Shown: positions 1 to 10,328 of the stretch, in pieces
Layout: each line of letters begins with the position of its first letter
How positions within the stretch are numbered: position 1 is the stretch's first letter
Assembly: GCA_035193785.1 (NCBI GenBank)
Contig: CP136572.1
Location: forward strand, 416,001 to 480,000
DNA from: Planktothrix sp. GU0601_MAG3
GTDB taxonomy: Bacteria > Cyanobacteriota > Cyanobacteriia > Cyanobacteriales > Microcoleaceae
Length of the DNA stretch: 64,000 nt
Direction of reading: 5' to 3'
Notes under the pieces: model-generated
The model's database searches: none
What the model was told of the DNA's origin: nothing
Seen by the model: the letters and a program-made list of their open reading frames with translations, nothing else
Position numbers and translations under genes: made by a program

Positions 1-117
1 ATTGAAACAGCCAAACAAATGCAATGGTTACGGGAAATGGGTTGCGAATTTGGTCAGGGTTATTTATTTGCTAAACCTTTATCTGCTCAAGACATTGAAA
101 TCAGATTTTTGGCTTAA
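1..117 (+). CDS. C-terminal end of an EAL-domain (c-di-GMP phosphodiesterase) protein, partial
   Basis: Frame 1 reads IETAKQMQWLREMGCEFGQGYLFAKP, the EAL C-terminal E-T/QGY motif; stop TAA at 115-117. Confidence 0.85.
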   Translation: METAKQMQWLREMGCEFGQGYLFAKPLSAQDIEIRFLA

Positions 118-281
118 ACAGAAACTTACGCATCACCGCTATCAATAGTAGGGGTAATCCATGAATTACCCCCACATCTGGGGTTAGATGGGAGAGATTA
201 ACACAACTCTGGAATAACAGACCAAGGGGGGCAAAACCTTTTTCTCCGGTGTTGCCCGTTCCCAGCTATAACAGTTTACTC

Positions 282-326
282 ATTCGTAATTCGTAATTCG
301 TAATTCGTAATTCGTAATTCGTAATT
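282..326. repeat. STRR heptamer tandem repeat (ATTCGTA)n
   Basis: About 6 tandem copies between convergent genes. Confidence 0.9.
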
Positions 327-331
327 ACCCA

Positions 332-640
332 TTACTTCCGTTTTTGCGGTTTAGTTTGAACACTAATAGGGCCATTAACAATAGTTTGACAAGCCAATCT
401 ATAGCTATCGGGTTTTTTCTTAAGAATACGCGCTTCAACTTCCGTGCGGGGAGGAAGATTATCGATACCTTCGACAATTTCCACAATACAAGTCCCACAT
501 TGACCATAACCGCCACAGTTCATCATTTTGCCTGTGAAAGTATATAAGTCAATCTGGTTTTCTAGGGCTTTCATTCTGAGATTTGCCCCATCCGCGGCAA
601 TAATTTCCTTGTTTTCAGTCACGAATCTGATATTACCCAT
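332..640 (-). CDS. 2Fe-2S ferredoxin
   Basis: [10 protein letters not shown]...RLACQ cluster motif. Confidence 0.9.
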   Translation of the reverse strand: MGNIRFVTENKEIIAADGANLRMKALENQIDLYTFTGKMMNCGGYGQCGTCIVEIVEGIDNLPPRTEVEARILKKKPDSYRLACQTIVNGPISVQTKPQKRK

Positions 641-707
641 TTTGATGTCCTAGCTGCATTAACATAGCGTCTCTTTCAAATTATTACAAAAAGTTAACAT
701 TTCAAAG

Positions 708-3018
708 CTACAAAGGCGAATCCGACAGAACATTACCCGGAAGATTACTAACAGCCCGTTGCAACGCAGACAGGGCGCGATTATAACCAATAATGGCATT
801 GAGGAGTCGGTTTTGGGCGCGGGTTAAGTCCGTTTCCTGGTTAATCACTTCCAACTGAGTTCCCACCCCGGCTTGAAACCGTAAACGCGCTAAACGTAAG
901 GCTTCAGTTGCTTCCTCCACCCCTAAACTAGAGGTTTGAATATTATCAAAGTTAGCTTGGAGGTCATAGTAAGACCGTTCAGCATCCAAACGAATTTGAT
1001 TGAGTAATTGATTAAAGCGCTCATCTGCGATGCCAATATCTAACTCCCGTTGTCGGGCTTGAGCTTTCGCCGCACCGCCATCAAAGAAATTCCAAGAAAA
1101 CTGGACTTGAGCATCATAGCCATCAGCCCAGCCCTGCACAGCCTGATAATCGCTGTTATCATTGAGCCTTCCCAAAAGATTGTAACTGGCCCCGACGGTA
1201 ACATTCGGACGAGTTGCTGCTAGGGCAGCCCGGCGTAATTGTTGAGCGCGATCGCGTTCGGCCAACTGTTCCTCCAACTCCGCCCGATTCTGATAGGCTT
1301 GAACAATGGTTTCTTCCAAGGTTAAATCCCAAGCCCCCGCCAAAGCAATCGGGTCAGCCGCCAATAAATTCGTGTTTTCATCAATATTCAGAATCGCGGC
1401 CAACTCCCGCCGAGTTTGAAATTGACTGCGCTGGGAATTAGTCAGATCCTGTTGGTTATTGGCAAGGGTGACACGGGCCTGCAACACCTCAAAACGGGTT
1501 CCCACCCCCGCCCGTTCCAAAGCTTCAGCATCCTCTAAACTTTTTTGAGAGTTGCGCACAGCAGCCGCTTGAATTTCCACCGCCGCATCTGCTTCTTGCA
1601 AATTGTAATAGGCACGGGCCACATTAAATCGGACTTCTTCTAAGGCCGTTTCTAACCTTAACCCCAGAATCCGTAACTGTTCTTCCGAGGCTTTAATTCT
1701 AGCCCCCCTCAATCCATTAATTCCCAGGTCGTACTGAAATTGAATCGAATTATCGAAGGAATAGGTTCCATAGCGGGTCTGAAATTCCCTCTGATCCGCC
1801 CCAGGAACATTATTGAACCGAGCCACTCGGAGGGCGCGGTTTTGAGCCCGAACCTGTAAGTCCTCCGCCGCCGAGACGTTGCGGGAAAAACCGGAACGAA
1901 AGACCAAACTCGGATATAAATCCGCCTGGGTTTCCCTTAGCGTTGCCAAGCTCTGTTCAACTTGCAGTTGGGCAATGCTGACATTTTCATTATTCCGAAC
2001 CGCTAAATCAATCGCTTGTTCAAGGGTGACGGGAACGGTTTCCTCAATATTCACCTGTTCGGGTAAGGTGGGGCGATACAGAGGATCACTACTTGGGAGT
2101 AGAATTCTAGGGGGATTGGTTTGTAAGGTTCCGTTGGGAGTCGGAGGGGGAAAGGGAGTCGTGGGAGGGGTCAGGTCAGGAACCGTTAAAGCGGGTCTAC
2201 TGACTTGGGCCAGTTGGGTCGGTTGAGATTGCCTAACTCGATTCACAGAATCCGTTAGGGTTGCAGCTTGGCCAGAGGGATTTGGTAATGCAACTTCAAT
2301 CTCTGGGGGATTATTTGGCGAGGATTGTCTATTGTTCCCCAGGGGATGGGGTAAGTTAAAAACGGGGTTGACCCTAGTTGTCGGTTTTGGGTTAGTGTCT
2401 GCGGTTGTTGGGTTAGAAACAGCCGGGGCCGTCGTCGGCGTTGCTGCAACACCAGTGGATGCTGTTGTTATGGGTGCAGACTGTCGAGGGGTTTTTGTAG
2501 GATTTTGTTTAAAAACTGGTGCAGGTAACTCCAAGGGTACGGAAGATCCAGCCATGGGGTTAGGTGTGATCAACAAATGATCAATAATCCGATGGGGAGA
2601 AACTGGAGGTTTCTAATTGAGATTTTTTAGGATTTTGCTTAAAGGTTGAACTTAGAATTTCTGCGGGTAAAGACTGCTGAGTAGAAACCCTTTCCACTTT
2701 CTCTATAGGGGCTGATTTCGAGTGATCACTCTGTTGTTCTTGTTCCACAACCCCATCTGGAACTAAATCCCCGGAATCCTCCTTTAAGGTGGGTGTCGAA
2801 TCTCTGGACAACGATTCCAGCCCCGCCTCTGCTTGCTCAGGAGCCAGATACTGAGATTTTGTGGGATTTTGTTTAAAATTCTGCGGTTGAGTTGTATTCG
2901 AGTCAGGCAATTTATCCCGAGACTCAATGGGGGAAGGAACAGCAGTCCCTGGCCCCACATTGATTAAGGTGATCGCTCCACTCACTCCCACAGCCATCAA
3001 ATTACGAAGAACGGACAT
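708..3018 (-). CDS. TolC-family outer-membrane efflux protein with long Pro-rich N-terminus (one apparent frameshift at 2599-2603)
   Basis: OEP repeats (LEQAIDLA, RFQAGVGTQLEV); signal peptide in ORF 2581..3018; removing one base at GAAAC joins the two ORFs. Confidence 0.88.
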
Positions 3019-3140
3019 AAGGCTTCTTTTCTTGTCTACAAGTCCAGAAACAATTTTAGACTAAGGTAGCAATATTCCTAAGTTTTTTGATGTTAGATAG
3101 CTGATAGGATCGCTCAAACCCAACCGGATCAGGGATTACC

Positions 3141-3566
3141 CTAGCAAGCAATATGTTCTGCTTCTAAATCTAATAAATGCAGCAGATGAAGATCGCCCCG
3201 GGCCACTGCCGCTTGACGTCTACGATCAAGTAAACGGCATAAATGATTGGCATGGACTTTTGCCAGATTCTCGTTCAGGGGCCTCTCAAGTGCAGCTAAA
3301 TGGAGCAATGCCCCTCCCCTGGTTTCTGCCGATTGGCTTTTGTTGGGGGCCACGGCCTTGACTTCGTGCAGAGGATATCCTGGCTCCTTATTGCCGTAGG
3401 AAACACCCCGATATTTCAGGGGTTGCGGGGTTTGGGGTACGGGAACATGGCGAGGGTAGTGAAACTGGACACTTCGACCCCGATATTTGCCCGTTAATTC
3501 GCTTTCTACTACATCAATCGGCGAAAAAGAGGCTTCGTACTGATGACCGCGATAGGTGAGTTTCAT
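3141..3566 (-). CDS. DUF4278 protein with PirA-like C-terminal helix
   Basis: Repeated L.YRG..Y motifs; C-terminal H..L...L..R...A...GD..LL..L..E. Confidence 0.75.
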   Translation of the reverse strand: MKLTYRGHQYEASFSPIDVVESELTGKYRGRSVQFHYPRHVPVPQTPQPLKYRGVSYGNKEPGYPLHEVKAVAPNKSQSAETRGGALLHLAALERPLNENLAKVHANHLCRLLDRRRQAAVARGDLHLLHLLDLEAEHIAC

Positions 3567-3650
3567 ATCCTGTTTCTCCTGACCTTAGTTTTAAATGGGC
3601 TGTCCTTTAAGACAAATTCCAAACGAAATTTTAAACTATCTTTTTATTTC

Positions 3651-3666
3651 TGTATTCATTGTTACA
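3651..3666. promoter_or_regulatory. NtcA box upstream of the DUF4278 gene
   Basis: Exact TGTA-N8-TACA (TGTATTCATTGTTACA). Confidence 0.65.
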
Positions 3667-3822
3667 CTTTTTCCGGTTAGATCCAGAAACTTAACAATTA
3701 TTTAAGAATGATCTTTAAATTCAGGTTGGGTTAGGGAGTTGATTCCGCTTGGGATCTATGGCATCCTGTTCCCCATTCCCCATTCCCCATTCCCCATTTC
3801 CTATTCCCTATTCCCTATTCCC

Positions 3823-4005
3823 CAGGGCTGTTTCATTCTTTGTAGGGGCAATCCCCCCGTGGTTGCCCCAATCCCCCCGTGGTTGCCCCAATCCCCCCGT
3901 GGTTGCCCCAATCCCTGAAACGCCTGCAAATCTTGGATGGGGAGGGTAGGCACGGGGGCACTACCCCTACAAAACCCTGGTTTCCCTGAGAATGAAACAG
4001 CCCTG
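3823..4005. mobile_element. MITE copy 1 with 17-bp TIR CAGGGCTGTTTCATTCT and 10-bp TSD CCCTATTCCC, inserted in an STRR tract
   Basis: TIRs at both ends; identical 10-mers at 3813-3822 and 4006-4015; second copy at 20668-20936. Confidence 0.85.
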
Positions 4006-4143
4006 CCCTATTCCCTGTTCCCTGTTCCCTGTTCCCTGTTCCCTGTTCCCTATTCCCCATTTCCAAAACTTTTGTTAAGAAAATTATTAAGAAATGTAAA
4101 GAGTGTTAATATTGTCTTAACTGAAGTCTTAATCAAACCATCC

Positions 4144-4461
4144 ATGCTGAGTTCCAACTTGCCCGAAGAGTCAGAGCTTCTCAAATCGATCTTAGAACCG
4201 CTACTAGAGGATTTTGAATACTGGTTTGGGCGATCGCGCCATCTTTTGGAAACGGAGGAGATATCCTTTTTGACTCAGCCCCAAAAATCTGACCTGTTGA
4301 ACCGAATTATCCAAGCCCAACAGAAGGTGATGGCGACTAAAACTCTGTTTCATGCCACGGGGGGACAGGTTGGAATAGAAATGACCGTATTAATACCTTG
4401 GCATAAACTATTGACAGAATGTTGGCAAGTGACAACTCGCTTACGGGTGGAAACAGGCTAA
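4144..4461 (+). CDS. DUF2605-type cyanobacterial protein
   Basis: LLKSILEPLLEDFEYWFGRS...PWHKLLTECW. Confidence 0.75.
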   Translation: MLSSNLPEESELLKSILEPLLEDFEYWFGRSRHLLETEEISFLTQPQKSDLLNRIIQAQQKVMATKTLFHATGGQVGIEMTVLIPWHKLLTECWQVTTRLRVETG

Positions 4462-4672
4462 TCAAGTCAAAAATTGAGGCGGGAGGGTGAACTTCCCAAA
4501 AATTAATCAACTTTTTAAGTAGAAAGGTTTAATTTGTTGATAGAATATATCAAAATCCATGTAGATGAGCGTTTCAATGACCCCCCCGGATCAAGCTCTA
4601 AAATAAAATACCCTTTCTATTAGAAAACGGCTTTACATTAATCGAATAAACCCTAGCATTAAGGAGATAAAA

Positions 4673-4984
4673 ATGTTACATTTAGTCTACGTCTTAGCTT
4701 TTACGATTTTGGCTTTTCTAGCGGTTCGGAATTTAATTCAAAGTCTTTTGACGGTGGGTATGGAATCCCATAAACTCCATGACCCTCGCAACTATGGCGG
4801 CTTAAATAATTCAGGACAGATGAGAAAAGTCCCCCATCCAGAACTACTCGATGAAACCGGAAATTTAATTAATGAACCTTTGTTAGTGATGCGCTCTTTG
4901 TCCGTTCAAGATGCGCGAAATCAATTAGATAATTTATATAAATCTTCTCCCGGTTATGGGGATGATATCCATGACGGTGAATAA
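4673..4984 (+). CDS. DUF2973-type cyanobacterial membrane protein
   Basis: N-terminal TM helix, HPELLD..G...EPLLVMRS motif; AGGAG RBS. Confidence 0.75.
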   Translation: MLHLVYVLAFTILAFLAVRNLIQSLLTVGMESHKLHDPRNYGGLNNSGQMRKVPHPELLDETGNLINEPLLVMRSLSVQDARNQLDNLYKSSPGYGDDIHDGE

Positions 4985-5345
4985 AAAACATTAACCACCG
5001 GGAATTTAATCATGATCAAGGTTGACAATGGATTGATAATATCCCATCATTGTTAACCTGGTTTAGCTTCTTGAAAACCCACGTCATCAGGATTTAGAAA
5101 TTAGTTTTGATCGACAATTGATCAGTCTGTGTGATCTTCCCGGGGACTTAGCCCCAGTCCCCCATAATCCAATCTTCTGATAGACTAAGCTCAAATATTG
5201 ATCGTTAACCGTGATTTTCAGTTAAATTAGAAATTATGGGAAATAAGTTTCCCTGTGCGGACTTGCCTTAGCGCGTCCCTAACCCGCCAATGAATTTGGG
5301 GGCTGGCGTCCTCGGATTTTCGGTCAACAGCTTGCGGTTCTATAT

Positions 5346-7690
5346 ATGTTGTTAAATAAAAAAGATACATCGATAGTGACCTTGACGTTATTGTTATCAA
5401 TAGCGACGAGTCCCATCGCCTGGGCGACATCTCGGTGGAACTCCAACTCTAGCGTCAATTCTTCCGCGCTTTTGGAGTCGTCCCTATTGTCTCCCGCACA
5501 GGTTAGGAATATTAATACTGTTCCCCCAGTCGGGGAGTTGGAGCCCAAACCGGGGTTAGATTCTGGGTTAGGGTTTCAATTCTCAACAACCGATCCTTTT
5601 GAGCCAGATTAATTCCCGTTCACCCCAAGCTAACACGAACAATGATAGTCTAGTGGGGCAATCTTCCCAAATGCAGCCCACAACGGTTCCTACAACGGAA
5701 GGGGAAATCCCAATTTGGTTGTGGTGGTTACTCCCGGTGATCCCGTTTTTCGGTTTATGGGTTAATTTACAACTCAAAGCTCAACGTTCTAAGTCCCCAG
5801 TCAACAAACAAGAAGACCCTATTTCTGTTCCCTTATCTACAAAACCCGATGTTACCGGGGCACAACCTCAGAAAAATTCCGCTCAACTGGATTTTAATAG
5901 TTTGACAGAACCCCTGAAAACCCAATTTTCTTCTAATATTGATCATCAGTTTATAGAACCTTTAAAAACACCATTTTCTCCAGCAGTTACTACGGTTTCT
6001 CTCCCTCGCACTATTATTCAAAAACGGCATCAGACAGAAACGGTTCAATTAGAAAATAATCTACAACCCCAGGGTTCATCTATTAGTTTAATAGCATCGG
6101 AGGTGGATAAATTAGATTCTGCGATCGCCATTCCCCCGCAAGAATCAATCCTATTGGAAAATCAGGTTGAAATCCAACCAGAAGGAGAATTTTTCATAAC
6201 AGCAAAGTCTCCTGATTCGGAATTTTATCCCGTTAGAAATGGGGAAATTAAGGAGGTTTCGGAGGTGGTGTTAATTAAGGAAATTGACCCAGATGAAGCT
6301 GAGGCTGTAATTGCAGAATTTTTGACGACAAAAGCACAAATTGAGAATATATCGGTTTCAGAAATAGTAGAACCTGAGCCGGATATTCAGAATGAATCTA
6401 TTATTTGGGAACCGGATATTGCGGAAACAGAACCAATAGTTGTTACGGTTGAGGAGCAGTTAACGGAACCAGAAATATCGGTTTCAGAAATAGTAGAACC
6501 TGAGCCGGATATTCAGAATGAATCTATTATTTGGGAACCGGATATTGCGGAAACAGAACAAATAGTTGTTACGGTTGAGGAGCAGTTAACGGAACCGGAA
6601 ATATCGGTTTCAGAAATAGTAAAACCTGAGCCGGATATTCAGAATGAATCTATTATTTGGGAACCGGATATTACGGAAACAGAACCAATAGTTGTTACGG
6701 TTGATGAGCAGTTAACAGAACCAGAAATATCGGTTTCAGAAATAGTAGAACCTGAGCCGGATATCCAAAATGAATCTATTATTTTGGAACCGGATATTGC
6801 GGAAACGGAATCAATAGTTGTTACGGTTGAGGAGCAGTTAACGGAACCAGAAATATCGGTTTCAGAAATAGTAGAATCTGAGCCGGATATTCAGAATGAA
6901 TCTATTATTTGGGAACCGGATATTGCGGAAACAGAACCCACATTTTTTACGGTTGAGGAGCAGTTAACGGAACCAGAAATATCGGTTTCAGAAATAGTAG
7001 AATCTGAGCCGGAGATTCAGAATGAATCTATTATTTGGGAACCGGATATTGCGGAAACAGAACCAATAGTTGTTCCGGTTGATGAGCAGTTAACAGAACC
7101 GGAAATATCGGTTTCAGAAATAGTAAAACCGGAAACCGAAGAAATAGAATTAGGAGTACCTCACCAACAAGTTCGTTCAGAAACAGACGTAGCAGCTACT
7201 AAATTTAATGTAGGAAAGGAAATAAAATTTGAGCCATCCCTGGCGGATGTAGACCAGGAAACTTCCACCATTACCCGATGGATATGGTCAAAGTCAGATT
7301 TTTCTGTTACCCCGTGACCCAAATTGGGCCTATGCGTATTGGGATATTCCCAACGAACATAAGGAACATCTACGTTACCAAGGGGGAAAACACCTTCTCC
7401 TGCGGGTTTATGACGTCACTGCAATTGATATCGACACCCAGCCGCCATTTTCGATGCAGGAATATGAGTGTGATGAGATAGCTAGAGAATGGCATATTCC
7501 TATTCCCATGAGTGACCGAGATTATATTGCCGAATTGGGTTATTTAACGCTGGATGGACGTTGGTTAGTCTTAGTCAGATCTAATCATATTCATATCCCC
7601 CCCATTTATCCCACAGACTGGGAAAATTACCAATTTATTAATATTCCCTGGGATGAAGACCTCAGAGGAAAAACCTTTTTCAGACTCTAA
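5346..7690 (+). CDS. DUF4912-domain protein with signal peptide, TM helix and acidic 42-aa repeats (apparent frameshifts at 5573 and 7258)
   Basis: Corrected C-terminus LPDGYGQSQIFLLPRDPNWAYAYWD...AREWHIPIP..DRDYIAELGY. Confidence 0.8.
6349..7134 (+). repeat. 126-bp coding tandem repeat, 6 full copies plus one partial
   Basis: ATATCGGTTTCAGAAATAGT recurs at 6349, 6475, 6601, 6727, 6853, 6979, 7105. Confidence 0.95.
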
Positions 7691-7723
7691 CAAATTCTAC
7701 AAGATTAATTTTAGATATTAGAC

Positions 7724-7749
7724 AGGCTGTTAGTGAAAACTGACAGCCT
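7724..7749. terminator. Hairpin after the DUF4912 gene
   Basis: AGGCTGTTAG-TGAAAA-CTGACAGCCT stem-loop. Confidence 0.5.
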
Positions 7750-7805
7750 AAGTTATAATTTATATCAAAAGTTTAAACCCACACATACTTAAAGGACAAT
7801 TGAAC

Positions 7806-8057
7806 ATGATCTCACCACAATTATTAGAAATACAAAAATCCATCAATAATTTATCCTTAGTTGAAAAACTATGGTTATTAGAAAATATTGCTCGAAAAAT
7901 ACGAGAAGGAGATTCCGAGATTAATCAAAAGGAATCTATTCAAGAAATTACCCTAGAGGATAAACTAAATCAGATGAAAGAATTTTTAGCTACTCCTTGG
8001 GAGGGAAAAGAGGAGTTTTTAGAAATTATGACCGAAATGGAGTTGAGCTATATTTGA
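7806..8057 (+). CDS. Small hypothetical helical protein (LSLxEKLWLLE, antitoxin/addiction-module-like)
   Basis: ORF with RBS AAAGGA; family assignment weak. Confidence 0.55.
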   Translation: MISPQLLEIQKSINNLSLVEKLWLLENIARKIREGDSEINQKESIQEITLEDKLNQMKEFLATPWEGKEEFLEIMTEMELSYI

Positions 8058-8080
8058 ATATAAAAAATACCCAAGCGTCT

Positions 8081-9350
8081 ATGCCTAGCAATTCCCCACC
8101 TCAATTATCCTCTGAATATCTTCAGGAAAAACTAACAGGCTCCATCTGGATGCAAAATAAGAAATACCCTTATTTATTTGAACCTAATGGCACCTGCGAG
8201 ATATTAAACCATAGTCGTTGGGGTCATTACACCATCTCATCGGATGGTCGCTCTGTTTTCCTGACTTGGACAGACCCGGCCTACACTGAACAATTGTTTG
8301 TCCTAGAGGATGGGAGTTTTTTCTTGGGTGGGAGTGTGTTAGTTTCCTAGTAATAAACCACGGAATCATTACTTTCCTTGCTATCCTATAGCTCAACCCG
8401 ATCTCAATAATTATCAGTTTGAGATCGATACGGGTAAAATGCCTGATTACGGAAATATAATCCTAGAGGGTCGCCAGGTAAGGTTAATTAAGAGTGGTTA
8501 CTGTGGAAATGTGTTGTCCGACGAACTGCGAGAGTTTGATTCCGAAGAAGCGGCCGAAGCATACTACCATTCCACCATTCGCAGTTATGACCCCTACTAT
8601 GCACCAGGTCATATTAACGAACCCATTTACCTAGAATTCTCCGATGACAAGTCCCACAAATTCTATGAAGTCACGGTGAATGGATTAACGGTCACGTTCC
8701 ATTATGGACGCATTGGTACGACTGGACAAACCGACAATAGCACCTATGGAAGTCCGAGAAAAGCCCAAGTTGCTGCCCAGAAGAAAATTAATGAAAAGTT
8801 GAAAAAAGGCTATGTGTTATTCCCTAAAGGGAAGCCAAGCCGCTCCAAATCCTCTGAAGTAGCCCTACCTAACCAAGCCATAGTTGAAGAAATAACTCCC
8901 CCGGTTATCGGAGGAATTCTTGTAACTGTTAAACCGGGGGAAGATGTTTACTGGAATATTGTCAAATTCCGACCCGGCTCTACTGTAGAAATTGTTGCTA
9001 TTTCTCCTAATTCCTGGTTCTCTTTTAACCTGATGGCGGGGGAAAATTTCGCCTATCACTTCAATCCGCGTTTGAGTGAAGGGCAAATTGTCCAAAATAC
9101 TAAGGTTGGGAATTGGGGGCCGGAGGAAAGACTGCCCTTCCCCCAGGAGATGGCCTCTGGTAAAAAGTTTACGGTGAAGATCGCGGTAGAAGAAACCCAA
9201 TTGGCTGTTTATTTGAATGATACTTTTCTCTCTTATTACAAACACCGTATCCCCCCTGGGGAAATTAATAGTCTGCGATTAATCTGCTCTCAAGGTAGTC
9301 TGCCAGTTTTGTCCGTTAATATATCTGAGCCTTTGGCTAAATCTATATAG
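8081..9350 (+). CDS. WGR-domain + galectin-domain fusion protein (apparent frameshift at 8342-8346)
   Basis: WGR: KFYEV...YGRIG...KLKKGY; galectin: HFNPR...VQNT...WGPEER...YKHR; the downstream frame is open back to 8343, and removing one T gives one 422-aa ORF. Confidence 0.8.
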
Positions 9351-9487
9351 GGAACAGGGAACAGGGAATAAGCAACAGTGGGATAGTTGGGTTTGTACTG
9401 ATGGCCATAGCCGGAGCCTCTTTCTATGGGTTACTAGCCATTGGGTAGGTTAGTCAGCTATGGGCTATAGACCCCATTTGTAAACCT

Positions 9488-9583
9488 ATAGCAGTTGCCG
9501 CATCTATTAGGACATTCTTGAAAGCTAAAAGCTGCTCATAGTAAGTATTTACCTATTACCTATTGCCTATTGCCTCTTGCTAT
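9488..9583. repeat. TATAGC-ended dispersed repeat carrying STRR heptamers
   Basis: TATAGCA...TAGGACA...TGCTATA; relatives at 15932-16031 (inverted) and 54604-54779. Confidence 0.6.
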
Positions 9584-9726
9584 ACATTCCACCTGGATTT
9601 GATGGGTTGAATTTCAGCTAATATGAAATCCTTCAATGTGTGCTACAGATAAGGAAAAATCCATTTTAGTATGGGGATAGACCCGAATTTTGATTATAAT
9701 TTTTAATGCCAATTGCAATAAAGCTC

Positions 9727-10129
9727 ATGAAAAAATATATTTCTCGTCTGTTAGCTCTAGTTCTTGTGGCTGCCATTACCTTAGTCGGATGCGGTGGGAG
9801 TCCCTCGGGAATGTTAACAGGCAATTATTCTAAAGATACTTTAGCCGTTGTCGATAGTTTGAGAACTGCGATTCTTTTGCCTGAAGATGCTCCCCAAAAA
9901 CCTGAAGCCCAGGGCCAAGCCAAGGAAGTCATTAACGAATTTATTGCTCGTTACCGTCGGGATACTTCTGTGACTACCCTGAGTTCCTTTACCACCATGC
10001 GTACAGCCCTCAACGCCCTAGCAGGTCATTATAGTTTCCTATCCCAACCGTCCTATCCCAGATAAATTAAAAGAACGTTTGGAACAAGAATTTAAACAAG
10101 TGGAAGCCGCCGTCAGTCGGGGAGCGTAA
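9727..10129 (+). CDS. psb27: Photosystem II lipoprotein Psb27 (apparent frameshift at 10034)
   Basis: Lipobox LVGC; SFTTMRTALNALAGHYSSYPNRP after correction. Confidence 0.93.
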
Positions 10130-10328
10130 TCAGTCATCAGTTATCAGTTATCAGTCATCAGTTATTAATGTAGAGACGTGCCACGGCGCGTCTATATTAT
10201 TGCTCATTAAGCCTAATCACTTAAATCACCGATAAACTCGCCCATATCAATTATTAGTGTGTTTCCCTACTGATTCTGTTTGGAACATTGTGAATACTTG
10301 AAAATCTAGTAAAATCTAATAAAATTTT

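Noticed and set aside
3567..3650. Glutamine riboswitch in the DUF4278 leader
   Set aside because: I could not find the conserved motif sequence
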